A stretch of DNA of 64,000 nucleotides, taken from NCBI GenBank assembly GCA_963675755.2, contig CAXXMD010000003.1, forward strand, positions 1,824,001 through 1,888,000, in the 5' to 3' direction. The position numbers and the translations under genes are program-made. Positions 28,749-37,185 of the stretch are shown here, piece by piece (positions within the stretch are counted from its first letter, which is position 1; every line of letters begins with the position of its first letter). Source of the stretch: a bacterium. GTDB taxonomy: Bacteria > Zhuqueibacterota > Zhuqueibacteria > Residuimicrobiales > Krinioviventaceae. The notes under the pieces are model-generated. The model saw only the letters and a program-made list of their open reading frames with translations. It was not told the DNA's origin and did not search any database.

Positions 28749-30155
28749 TTATTTCCAATTACTTCTATAACTGTTGGTTTCAGATAATCCCATTGTCAGG
28801 ATGAATCTAAATCCTTCACTACCGGTGGTTAATGATACTCTTGAAATTTCACTGTGGGACTGGTTTAAGTCAAAACCAATTCCTATAGCATAGGGATTTT
28901 GATGCAGGGTCAAGCTTTTCAATTCCTGCGATACAAGCAGCATGTCATAAAAGACATGTCCTCGAAAATGCTGTGTGAGCGGCCATTGATATTCCAAAGA
29001 CGTGACCATGGAATAATTGTCTGTTCTAAGCAGATGCCGGCTGGAGACACCGCGAAACGCCGGTTGGCGCATATATTCGGAAAAGGGAATGGCAAAATTA
29101 TCGTTTTGGTTATGAACACTGTCGAACAGTATGCGGGGTACAATTAATCGATTGCGCAGGATGACGGGGATGTAAAAGGCGGCATCAAATCCGGTTCTTA
29201 TGAATTGGCTTTGATCCATATTCATTCCTGTAGCGTACCCCCAATACCCCTCTAGTCTTATACCGGGTGTTAACTCTTTAAAGTGCGAGCGGGTATCGAA
29301 ACGGCACGAGAATTCATTATACAGTTGTTCGGTTTCAAGATTGGTTTGATGGATGATGCCGGGTAGCGTTTCCAGATCAAAAACATTCGCCAGGGTATTT
29401 GCATTGTTTGTATCAGGTATTAATAATTTACGTTTTGAATAGAATGCTGTATAAAAGAACTCCCATTTTGACGAGATTTGGGCGCCGGTCACCAGTTGGA
29501 TTTTTGAACGTTCCTGATTAAAAGTACCATAATCTTTGTTGGTGGCTAGAATCGTATTTCGGGAATCCTGTAACGGTTTGTGGCCATAGCCATAAAATTT
29601 CATTTCTTCAATAGCACCGGTTTGTCCTGAGAGATTGATATTATAGAGGATGCCATTTTTCCGAAAGATATAAACAGAACTGATTTTTGCATCCCAATAA
29701 TTCCGGTTTGCGTAATAGGCCCCAATACTGTATTTCATGTTGGAATGTTTGTAGAAAACAGCCGCACCCACTGCCAGCTTGTAATCTGATGAATATTTTA
29801 TTTTGGGATACCAACCCAGCGTTTTATTGTAGAAATAGAGAAAGTTTTCTGCTCTTGAAATAATATTCGATTCTTCAACATAGTTTGCGCCGCTTCCGAA
29901 TGAATACAGTAATCCATCAACGCATATCCGGGGTAGAAACAATGCACCATTTGCAATTTTTCTAAATGTTTCGTCGCCGTCTTTTTTGTCGTATTGCAAG
30001 CCCCGTGTATGTAAATAGATATCCTGAATTGTTTGAACCGAGTCCGGCGTTACTTTTTTTGGAGCTGTTTGGGGCATGCTGGCTTGGGAAAAGAAAAGAG
30101 AGATCAACAGTATCAAGACTGTGTTTTTGGGTAGAATTTTAAAATTCATTTTCAT
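28749..30155 (-). CDS. BamA/TamA (Omp85) family outer-membrane beta-barrel
   Basis: Signal peptide, amphipathic beta strands, RFDTR, FRGV (VRGY-like), SLEYQWPL, YAIGIG. Start uncertain (30155 or 30191). Confidence 0.65.
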   Translation of the reverse strand: MKMNFKILPKNTVLILLISLFFSQASMPQTAPKKVTPDSVQTIQDIYLHTRGLQYDKKDGDETFRKIANGALFLPRICVDGLLYSFGSGANYVEESNIISRAENFLYFYNKTLGWYPKIKYSSDYKLAVGAAVFYKHSNMKYSIGAYYANRNYWDAKISSVYIFRKNGILYNINLSGQTGAIEEMKFYGYGHKPLQDSRNTILATNKDYGTFNQERSKIQLVTGAQISSKWEFFYTAFYSKRKLLIPDTNNANTLANVFDLETLPGIIHQTNLETEQLYNEFSCRFDTRSHFKELTPGIRLEGYWGYATGMNMDQSQFIRTGFDAAFYIPVILRNRLIVPRILFDSVHNQNDNFAIPFSEYMRQPAFRGVSSRHLLRTDNYSMVTSLEYQWPLTQHFRGHVFYDMLLVSQELKSLTLHQNPYAIGIGFDLNQSHSEISRVSLTTGSEGFRFILTMGLSETNSYRSNWK

Positions 30156-30424
30156 AATGGACTGCTTTGTAGTAAGTATCACAATTATCAAGGTAGATCA
30201 TAGTGATGGAGTAACAATTACCCTAATTTATTTAATTATTTGTAATAATCAATATATTCCTGATCAACTATTCAGGAGTGTTGATCATTAAACATGAATC
30301 CTTGAGCAAATTATTTCCATGGACTGCAAAACGCATGTTAATTTTAGATGTTTTTGGTTGAATTTTAAGTATTTCTTGCCTATCATTATTAAATCCCTCA
30401 TTTAAAATATCCAGAGGCAGCGAC

Positions 30425-33175
30425 ATGAAATTGAAATCCATTTTCGTTGTAATATCCAGTGCAATTTTTTTATTTTTGAATATGCAATGCGGTCAGGTCA
30501 AGACATTACAGTTTGACCGGTTGTTGTGCGAGTACGCGGAATCTCCCATTGATATGGATCTGAAGCAGCCCCGGGTTTCATGGGTAATGGAAACCACAGA
30601 ACGGGGTCAGGCCCAATCCGCTTTTCAAATCCAATTGGCAACAACAGAAAATTTGATTGTATCCGGCAAACCTGATATGTGGGACACAGGCAGGCTCGAA
30701 TCTTCAAAAACGCTGCATCACACCTATGCCGGTATAGCGCTCGAGAGCAATACCACCTACTATTGGCAAGTAACTGTTTGGGATAAAGATAACAAGTCCA
30801 TAACCAGCGATATTGCTTCTTTTACCACTACCTTGTTGAACGAATCGGACTGGTCCGCAGAATGGATAGGTGCGGGACCGGAAAACGAACCGCGCTCTGA
30901 AAAAGGATTTTTCATGCACCGGGATGAACAGTATACGCTTGAGGATACGGTCGTTCACAATGGTCGCTCTGTTTTACTGCGTAACGAATTGACTTGCGAA
31001 AAAGCAATAGAGACCGCCCGGGTATTTGTAACCGGACTCGGTTTTTATGAATTATATATCAATGGCGACAGAGTGGGTGACAGGGTAATGGCGCCAGCAA
31101 AAACCAATTATCGCAAAGAAGTACTGTATGACACTTATGATGTTACCTCTATGCTGAAAAAAGGTGATAATGCGGTAGGTATGCACCTGGGTAACGGCTG
31201 GTTTAATCCCTACAAAGCGTGGTGGCAGGATTACCGCATGCAGTGGTTTGGTGCAAAACGAGCGCTGCTGCAAATGCATATTCAATATACTGATGGAACT
31301 GATAAAGTATTTGTTACTGATAAAAACTGGAAAACCTCACCCGGTCCCATTACCTTTAACTGTATCTATGATGGAGAGCGTTACGATGCAACACTGGAGC
31401 AACCCGGCTGGGCCGAAACCGGATTTGATGACTCTGCGTGGCAACCCGTTAACCGGGTTGAAGAACCGGGCGGCGAGTTGTTGTCTCATCGCATGCCCCC
31501 CATGCGGGTTGTGGAATCCCGTCAACCTGTCAGGAGCTGGGAGGTCAAACCCGGTGTAATGATGTATGATATGGGACAGAATTTTACCGGCTGGGCTAAA
31601 GTTGCGTTAAAAGGCGAAAAAGGCACAACCATTCAAATCCGTTTTGCGGAAGAAGTTTATGATGACAGCACATTAAATATAACCAGTAACGAGCATGCCG
31701 ATGCGGTTGCCTATTATACGCTCAAAGGTGGCGCCAAAGAGGTTTATGAAACCCGGTTCTCTTATTATGGATTTCAATTTGTAGAAATTACAGCAGAACC
31801 CAAACTGCCGCAGATCGAATCGGTACAGGGACAGGTTGTTCACACGGACAATGAATTGATTGGTTCATTCGAGTGCAGTAACGAGCTCATTAACAAGATC
31901 CATAAGGCAACGGTCTGGTCTCAGCGAAGCAACATGATCGGGTATCCCATGGACTGTCCCCAGCGCGATGAACGGCTCGGCTGGTTTGGCGATGCCCAGG
32001 TTACTGCAGAAGAAGCCATGTTTAATTATGACATGACACTGTTTTTCGACAACTGGTTCAGCGGAATTCGTGGTAACCAGAATGAAAAGACGGGAGACAT
32101 ACCCATCATCTCCCCGCGGCCCTATATCTGGGATGAAGGTATAGAGTGGAGCAGCACCTATATTTTAATGTTGTGGCAATATTATCGTTATTATGGTGAT
32201 ACGCGTATTTTGGCAGAGCATTATGATGCCATGGTGCGTTATATGCAATTTCTGGATACCATTTCAACGGATTATATTGAGCCTATGGGCTGGATTGGTG
32301 ACTGGGGCAGTATGGTCAAAGGCTGGCATGAAGGAGAACCGGAATCTGTGCCCACTGCGTTTTATTTTCTGAATGCAGAGATACTTTCTAAAACCGCGGC
32401 AATTCTTGGCAAAGACGCAGACGCACAATGGTTTGAAGATCTGGCTGAGCAAATCAAAAATGCCTATAACAGTGCATTTTTTGATCCCAAAACCGGTAAT
32501 TATAATGACGGCAGCCAAATGGCCAATTCGTTTCCATTACTGTTGGGAATCGTGCCGGAACAGCACCAGGAGCAGGTCCTAAATAATCTCGTTGTGGATA
32601 TTGTTGAAAAGAACAATGTACACCTTACAACCGGTGTGTTGGGCACAAAATACATGTTTGATGCGCTTGCGGAATTTGATCGATTTGATGTTGCTTATCA
32701 ATTGATTACCCAGACCACATATCCGAGCTGGGCAGAGATGATGGAAAAGTATAACACCATGTGTGAATTCTGGACACTCAAGCAATCCCATAATCATGTT
32801 ATGATGGGCAGTATAGATGCATGGCTTTACAAATTCCTTGCGGGCATTCAACTGGATGAAGAATTCCCCGCGTATGAACGCTTTGTGATCAAGCCCTATC
32901 TTGCAGAGGGACTGGATTATGTACAAGCCTCCACCCGGACCTTGCGGGGAATGGTGGAATCGGAATGGCACATCAATGAAAAGGGCTATCGTCACCATGT
33001 GCGGGTACCCTTTGGCGCAACTGCTAAAGTCTATATACCGGCAGAGGCGGGGTCAACCGTCTTTGAAAGCGGTAAACCCGCAGACACGGTCAAAGGAGTT
33101 GCATTTGTTGGTAAAAAAGATGATTATCGTGTGTTTGAGATAGGCAGCGGCGTGTACGAGTTTGAGGTTAAGTAA
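30425..33175 (+). CDS. GH78 alpha-L-rhamnosidase family protein
   Basis: GLGFYEL.ING, IYDGE.YD, DMGQNF.GW, PMDCPQRDERLGWFGD, SHNH motifs. Confidence 0.93.
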   Translation: MKLKSIFVVISSAIFLFLNMQCGQVKTLQFDRLLCEYAESPIDMDLKQPRVSWVMETTERGQAQSAFQIQLATTENLIVSGKPDMWDTGRLESSKTLHHTYAGIALESNTTYYWQVTVWDKDNKSITSDIASFTTTLLNESDWSAEWIGAGPENEPRSEKGFFMHRDEQYTLEDTVVHNGRSVLLRNELTCEKAIETARVFVTGLGFYELYINGDRVGDRVMAPAKTNYRKEVLYDTYDVTSMLKKGDNAVGMHLGNGWFNPYKAWWQDYRMQWFGAKRALLQMHIQYTDGTDKVFVTDKNWKTSPGPITFNCIYDGERYDATLEQPGWAETGFDDSAWQPVNRVEEPGGELLSHRMPPMRVVESRQPVRSWEVKPGVMMYDMGQNFTGWAKVALKGEKGTTIQIRFAEEVYDDSTLNITSNEHADAVAYYTLKGGAKEVYETRFSYYGFQFVEITAEPKLPQIESVQGQVVHTDNELIGSFECSNELINKIHKATVWSQRSNMIGYPMDCPQRDERLGWFGDAQVTAEEAMFNYDMTLFFDNWFSGIRGNQNEKTGDIPIISPRPYIWDEGIEWSSTYILMLWQYYRYYGDTRILAEHYDAMVRYMQFLDTISTDYIEPMGWIGDWGSMVKGWHEGEPESVPTAFYFLNAEILSKTAAILGKDADAQWFEDLAEQIKNAYNSAFFDPKTGNYNDGSQMANSFPLLLGIVPEQHQEQVLNNLVVDIVEKNNVHLTTGVLGTKYMFDALAEFDRFDVAYQLITQTTYPSWAEMMEKYNTMCEFWTLKQSHNHVMMGSIDAWLYKFLAGIQLDEEFPAYERFVIKPYLAEGLDYVQASTRTLRGMVESEWHINEKGYRHHVRVPFGATAKVYIPAEAGSTVFESGKPADTVKGVAFVGKKDDYRVFEIGSGVYEFEVK

Positions 33176-33296
33176 GAGTTGTCCTCGAAATATACAGAAA
33201 AGAAACCGTAGGCTTAACTTTATAATTATTTGTAATTATTAAATAAACTGAATCTGTTTTTGAATGTAATAATTAAAAAAAATCCTGATATGATTT

Positions 33297-34517
33297 TTAA
33301 TAATTGTCTCTCCAATGTCTTGGAAGATTTTTAATAATTGAAACAAGATTATTGATGTTTTTTTCATCATCAAGTATTGTATTAAATATAGGTTCAGTTA
33401 ACACTTCAAAATCTTGTGAGTTCATACATGCAAATTTTGCACTAATAATAAAATTATATTTTGATAAATAACGCCTTCGTAATTCTGCTCCATAGGTGTC
33501 TACTAGTTGTCCATTAATTACAGCTCTGCCATCATCATAGCTTGCGCGTGAAATTATATGGCCATTATATAAGCCATATTCTTCACAATACCCATACTCA
33601 TTAATATCATCTTGATTGTATTCGTATATACCACATGAAGAGTCAGATTTTGTTTCAACATAGACAAATTGTTGGTAAATATGTTCACTATAAAATATAA
33701 AAATTTTATCTATTTTTAATTCCATATTGTTGATTAAACATTTTTCATAGTCTAATCTTTCAAATTTTTCTATTGCGTTTGAAGCAAAACCTCGAAACCA
33801 CCAGATAGGATCATTTACTACATTTTCTCCTTTTGTTTTTTTAAAAAATATAGGGGGTTTTAACAGTTCTTCTAATCTATATAAAGCGTCGCTATTATTA
33901 TACCAAGTTACTTCCCTTATACCTGGAAAGGCGTCTGAAACTTTATTCGCAAAAAAATAAGTTGACAGTTCAGAAATTGTTTCTTCATCAACAGTTTTTC
34001 GTTTTTCAACTGGACCTTCTGTGTTTTTAGAACGTATCCAACCAGGCATTGGATATTCTTGGATTAAGTGTATTAAACTTGTGCTAACAATACCTTTTAA
34101 TTCTCCATTGTTTTCCCAATATCTACAGAGTTTTTTTTGTACAAGAGTTTTAAAATTTTCTAACTTTTTAATTTTTCCGGCATCATTCTCCTTTTTTTCA
34201 GGGTTTAATGAAGACATATCCTTATATAAAAATCCTATAACGGGTATATTTTTATCTATAGCATATTTATACTCTTTTTGAGTATAAATAGTACCATTTT
34301 CATCTTCAGAACCATATTTCCCAGCAATCAATACAATATAATAATCGCACAAATCTATCATTTTTGTTATATATGTCCATTGATCTTGATTTGAAGCCGG
34401 GAAATATTCCATACTACACGGTATATGATTTAATTCGAGAATAGCCTTGATTATTTCATTTCTTTCTTCTTTTAAATCTTCAAATGTTGAGCTAATGAAA
34501 ATTTGATATTTCTTCAT
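33297..34517 (-). CDS. DUF4062 (TIR-like) domain protein with uncharacterised C-terminal domain
   Basis: KYQIFISSTFEDLKEER...DYYIVLIAGKYGS...TQKEYKYA; AT-rich. Confidence 0.85.
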   Translation of the reverse strand: MKKYQIFISSTFEDLKEERNEIIKAILELNHIPCSMEYFPASNQDQWTYITKMIDLCDYYIVLIAGKYGSEDENGTIYTQKEYKYAIDKNIPVIGFLYKDMSSLNPEKKENDAGKIKKLENFKTLVQKKLCRYWENNGELKGIVSTSLIHLIQEYPMPGWIRSKNTEGPVEKRKTVDEETISELSTYFFANKVSDAFPGIREVTWYNNSDALYRLEELLKPPIFFKKTKGENVVNDPIWWFRGFASNAIEKFERLDYEKCLINNMELKIDKIFIFYSEHIYQQFVYVETKSDSSCGIYEYNQDDINEYGYCEEYGLYNGHIISRASYDDGRAVINGQLVDTYGAELRRRYLSKYNFIISAKFACMNSQDFEVLTEPIFNTILDDEKNINNLVSIIKNLPRHWRDNY

Positions 34518-34533
34518 AATTCCTGTCTACCAT

Positions 34534-35214
34534 TCAATAGGTTTTTGGCTTTGGACAAGTACTCTTTAATCCGTCAATATGCTCAAAAAGATTTTCTTCT
34601 ATTGCTAGCCACATTGGATCTAAAACAAAATCGATCCCTTCACGTCTTGCTAGTTTTGCAGCAGGTACAAAATCACTGTCACCAGAAACCAGTATGATTT
34701 TACAAACAAGTTGTTTGTAAGCAAGTGAAGCAATATCCAATCCAATTTTAATATCAACACCTTTTTGAACTATGTTATAATATACATCATTTTCGTCTAG
34801 ATCATCAATAGTAATTGCTTTATTTAAAAGATTTTTTGATACATTGGGACGAATTATCCAGCCACCTTTATCTTGTAACTTACCTAATCGAATCGCAACT
34901 TTTCTGAGTTTTTTCAATTCATTGAAAAAGGCTTGTCGAAATTGTGCAATTTCTGTTTTAGAAAAATCTATATTTTTACCAGTTACTGGATTATGTGCTT
35001 TTTGGCTAAATGGGGAGCAATCATAGTAAAGTATTCTATACAATGATTCGTTTTCTACATGATGTAATAGCATTGTGTACATATTTTGCGCGACTGTTTT
35101 TGCATCATGGGTTTTACCATCTTTATAGCAGTGTTTATATCGATGTAGAAAAAAACCACCATCAACTAAAATAGCAGTTGGTTTGTTCCCTGTGAATTGT
35201 TGCTTTTGTCTCAT
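34534..35214 (-). CDS. NYN domain (LabA/DUF88, PIN-like) ribonuclease
   Basis: AILVDGGFF, YYDC, QKGVDIKIGLD, LVSGDSDFVPAAKLARREG; GGGGGA RBS before the ATG at 35214. Confidence 0.9.
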   Translation of the reverse strand: MRQKQQFTGNKPTAILVDGGFFLHRYKHCYKDGKTHDAKTVAQNMYTMLLHHVENESLYRILYYDCSPFSQKAHNPVTGKNIDFSKTEIAQFRQAFFNELKKLRKVAIRLGKLQDKGGWIIRPNVSKNLLNKAITIDDLDENDVYYNIVQKGVDIKIGLDIASLAYKQLVCKIILVSGDSDFVPAAKLARREGIDFVLDPMWLAIEENLFEHIDGLKSTCPKPKTY

Positions 35215-35233
35215 CGAGTCCCCCAAATAAAAA

Positions 35234-35287
35234 TACCCCTGGGATCGGCTATTTCCGGATTGTTGAAAGAGCGTACTGCCAGGGGTA
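35234..35287 (-). ncRNA. Candidate structured RNA leader upstream of the NYN gene
   Basis: Perfect 9-bp TACCCCTGG/CCAGGGGTA stem closing a 36-nt interior; GC-rich patch in an AT-rich setting, 20 nt before the start codon. Confidence 0.45.
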
Positions 35288-35456
35288 GGATTTTTTATTG
35301 ACTTAAAAAATTTTTTAATTGCAAAAAACTTGCACCTATTATTTTCTAAATAAATAAATTTTTTAAATAATGTCAACATTTTTTTTCACATTTAATCCCA
35401 ATCTGTTGTATATTATACAAATAAAATTCAATATAATGCATGAGGAGAAAAGAGGT

Positions 35457-36320
35457 ATGAAAGCAAATAATATATCGCGTCGTGATTTTGGTAAACATAT
35501 GGCCGCCGCGGGTGCCGCATTGGGACTGGGTTTGGCCGGTTGCAGTGCTCCACAGAAACCCAAAGATACCCTGATTGGCATCCAGTTGTATACCGTGCGC
35601 GAGTTGTCAAAAGAAGATTTTACAGGTACATTGCGCAAAGTTGCTGAGATTGGTTACAATGCATTTGAATTTGCCGGTTACGGTGGAATGACTGCTAAAG
35701 AAGTTAAGGCATTAATAGATGAACTGGGTGTGGTTTGTGCCGGTACGCATACTGGTTTTGGTGCGTTGGAAGGTGATTTACAGAAAACCATCGAATATAA
35801 TCTGGAATTGGGCAACAAACAGGTTGTTTGTCCTTCAATGCCGGGCAAGTTCCGTGAAGGCGGAGTTGATGGAATTAAAATTTTTGCTGAACAGATGAAC
35901 ACATTTGGCGAAGCCATTAATAAAGCGGGAATGCAGTTAGCCTATCATAATCACGCTTTTGAATTTGAAACAGTGGACGGCAAGTATCTGTACGATATTA
36001 TACTTGAAAACACCCAAGCTGATCTGGTAAAACTCGAAGCGGATTTGTTCTGGGTGAAAAAAGGCGGTTTGGATCCTGTTGAGTATATGAACACCTACAA
36101 AGACCGCTGTACCATGCTACACATGAAAGACATGGCAGCTGATGAAAAGGGCAGTTTTGCTCCTGTAGGTACGGGTATTATGGATTTCCCCGCAATTGTC
36201 AAGACCGCGCGTGAAATAGGTGTGGAATGGTTTATTGTTGAACAGGACAGATGTGAAGGTTCTGTACTGGATGCTATTACAACCAGCTTTAATAATATGA
36301 ATACCCTGTTGAATGGTTAA
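35457..36320 (+). CDS. Tat-exported sugar phosphate isomerase/epimerase (xylose-isomerase-like TIM barrel)
   Basis: SRRDFGK plus LAGC; GIQLYTVR, YHNHAFEF, HMKD, IVEQD. Confidence 0.88.
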   Translation: MKANNISRRDFGKHMAAAGAALGLGLAGCSAPQKPKDTLIGIQLYTVRELSKEDFTGTLRKVAEIGYNAFEFAGYGGMTAKEVKALIDELGVVCAGTHTGFGALEGDLQKTIEYNLELGNKQVVCPSMPGKFREGGVDGIKIFAEQMNTFGEAINKAGMQLAYHNHAFEFETVDGKYLYDIILENTQADLVKLEADLFWVKKGGLDPVEYMNTYKDRCTMLHMKDMAADEKGSFAPVGTGIMDFPAIVKTAREIGVEWFIVEQDRCEGSVLDAITTSFNNMNTLLNG

Positions 36321-36327
36321 GATATTT

Positions 36328-36352
36328 AGCCTCCCGATTCTGTCGGGAGGCT
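36328..36352. terminator. Bidirectional terminator hairpin
   Basis: AGCCTCCCGA-TTCTG-TCGGGAGGCT between convergent genes. Confidence 0.7.
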
Positions 36353-37101
36353 TATTTTAACGGATCAATGACGGGGTTTTCATGTATAGAAAAGGATTTC
36401 AGATTTTTCAATGATTGTAAAAAAGATGTATCCGTAATACCATTCTCACTTAGATCCAGTGAGGTCAGATTGGGTAGGTCGGTTAAAAATGAAGTATCAT
36501 TAATCTGATTTTTACTGAGATCCAGATGTTCAAGCGTATTCAGAGATTTTAAAAAAGACGCATCTTCAAGTTGATTGTAACTCAAATACAGGCATTTCAG
36601 GCTTTTCAGTGTTTCAAGAAAACTATAATCCTCAATCTGGTTTGCGCTCAGATCCAAAGCTGTCAGATTTTCCATATCTGCTAGATATTTTCCTTTTCTG
36701 ATCATATTGTAACTCAGATATAAAGCCGTCAGGCTTTTCATGTCTTTCAAAAACCATATATCCTCAAGCTGGTTAAAAGACAGATCCAGAATGCTTATGT
36801 TTTTCATCTTTTCTAAAAAGGCAAAAGATTCCATTAATGTACCGCGCAGACTCAGGTTTTCCAGATTTTCCAGCTGCAGCAACAGTTCAATAATGTTTTC
36901 ATCCAATTGCAGATAGTCCAGACACAGCGTTGTTACATGATCTCCGGAAATACTATATCCTCTTAAAAGAATTGAATCGTGCTGGTATTCACCTTTTTTG
37001 CGTAGAAACGCATCATTGTCCATAATATCTTGTGGATCAAGCTGTTTGAGCTCCAGACCCAATATTTGTCCAATATTGTTTATTACATTTATTTCATTCA
37101 T
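36352..37101 (-). CDS. Leucine-rich repeat protein (22-aa repeats)
   Basis: About 7 repeats of L..L..L..LDLS.NQI.D.SF; start reassigned to MNEIN (AAGGTG RBS). Confidence 0.88.
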   Translation of the reverse strand: MNEINVINNIGQILGLELKQLDPQDIMDNDAFLRKKGEYQHDSILLRGYSISGDHVTTLCLDYLQLDENIIELLLQLENLENLSLRGTLMESFAFLEKMKNISILDLSFNQLEDIWFLKDMKSLTALYLSYNMIRKGKYLADMENLTALDLSANQIEDYSFLETLKSLKCLYLSYNQLEDASFLKSLNTLEHLDLSKNQINDTSFLTDLPNLTSLDLSENGITDTSFLQSLKNLKSFSIHENPVIDPLK

Positions 37102-37185
37102 ATATGCACCTTGGTATTTATAGATTGTCAGATATTGTAAATAAAGAAATAAAATCGTGTAATGCAAGCGTTTGTATGAATAGTA

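Noticed and set aside
35215-35456. Long N-terminal extensions of the NYN (to 35379) and epimerase (from 35370) ORFs
   Set aside because: They would overlap each other across an AT-rich promoter region; better RBS-linked starts exist at 35214 and 35457.
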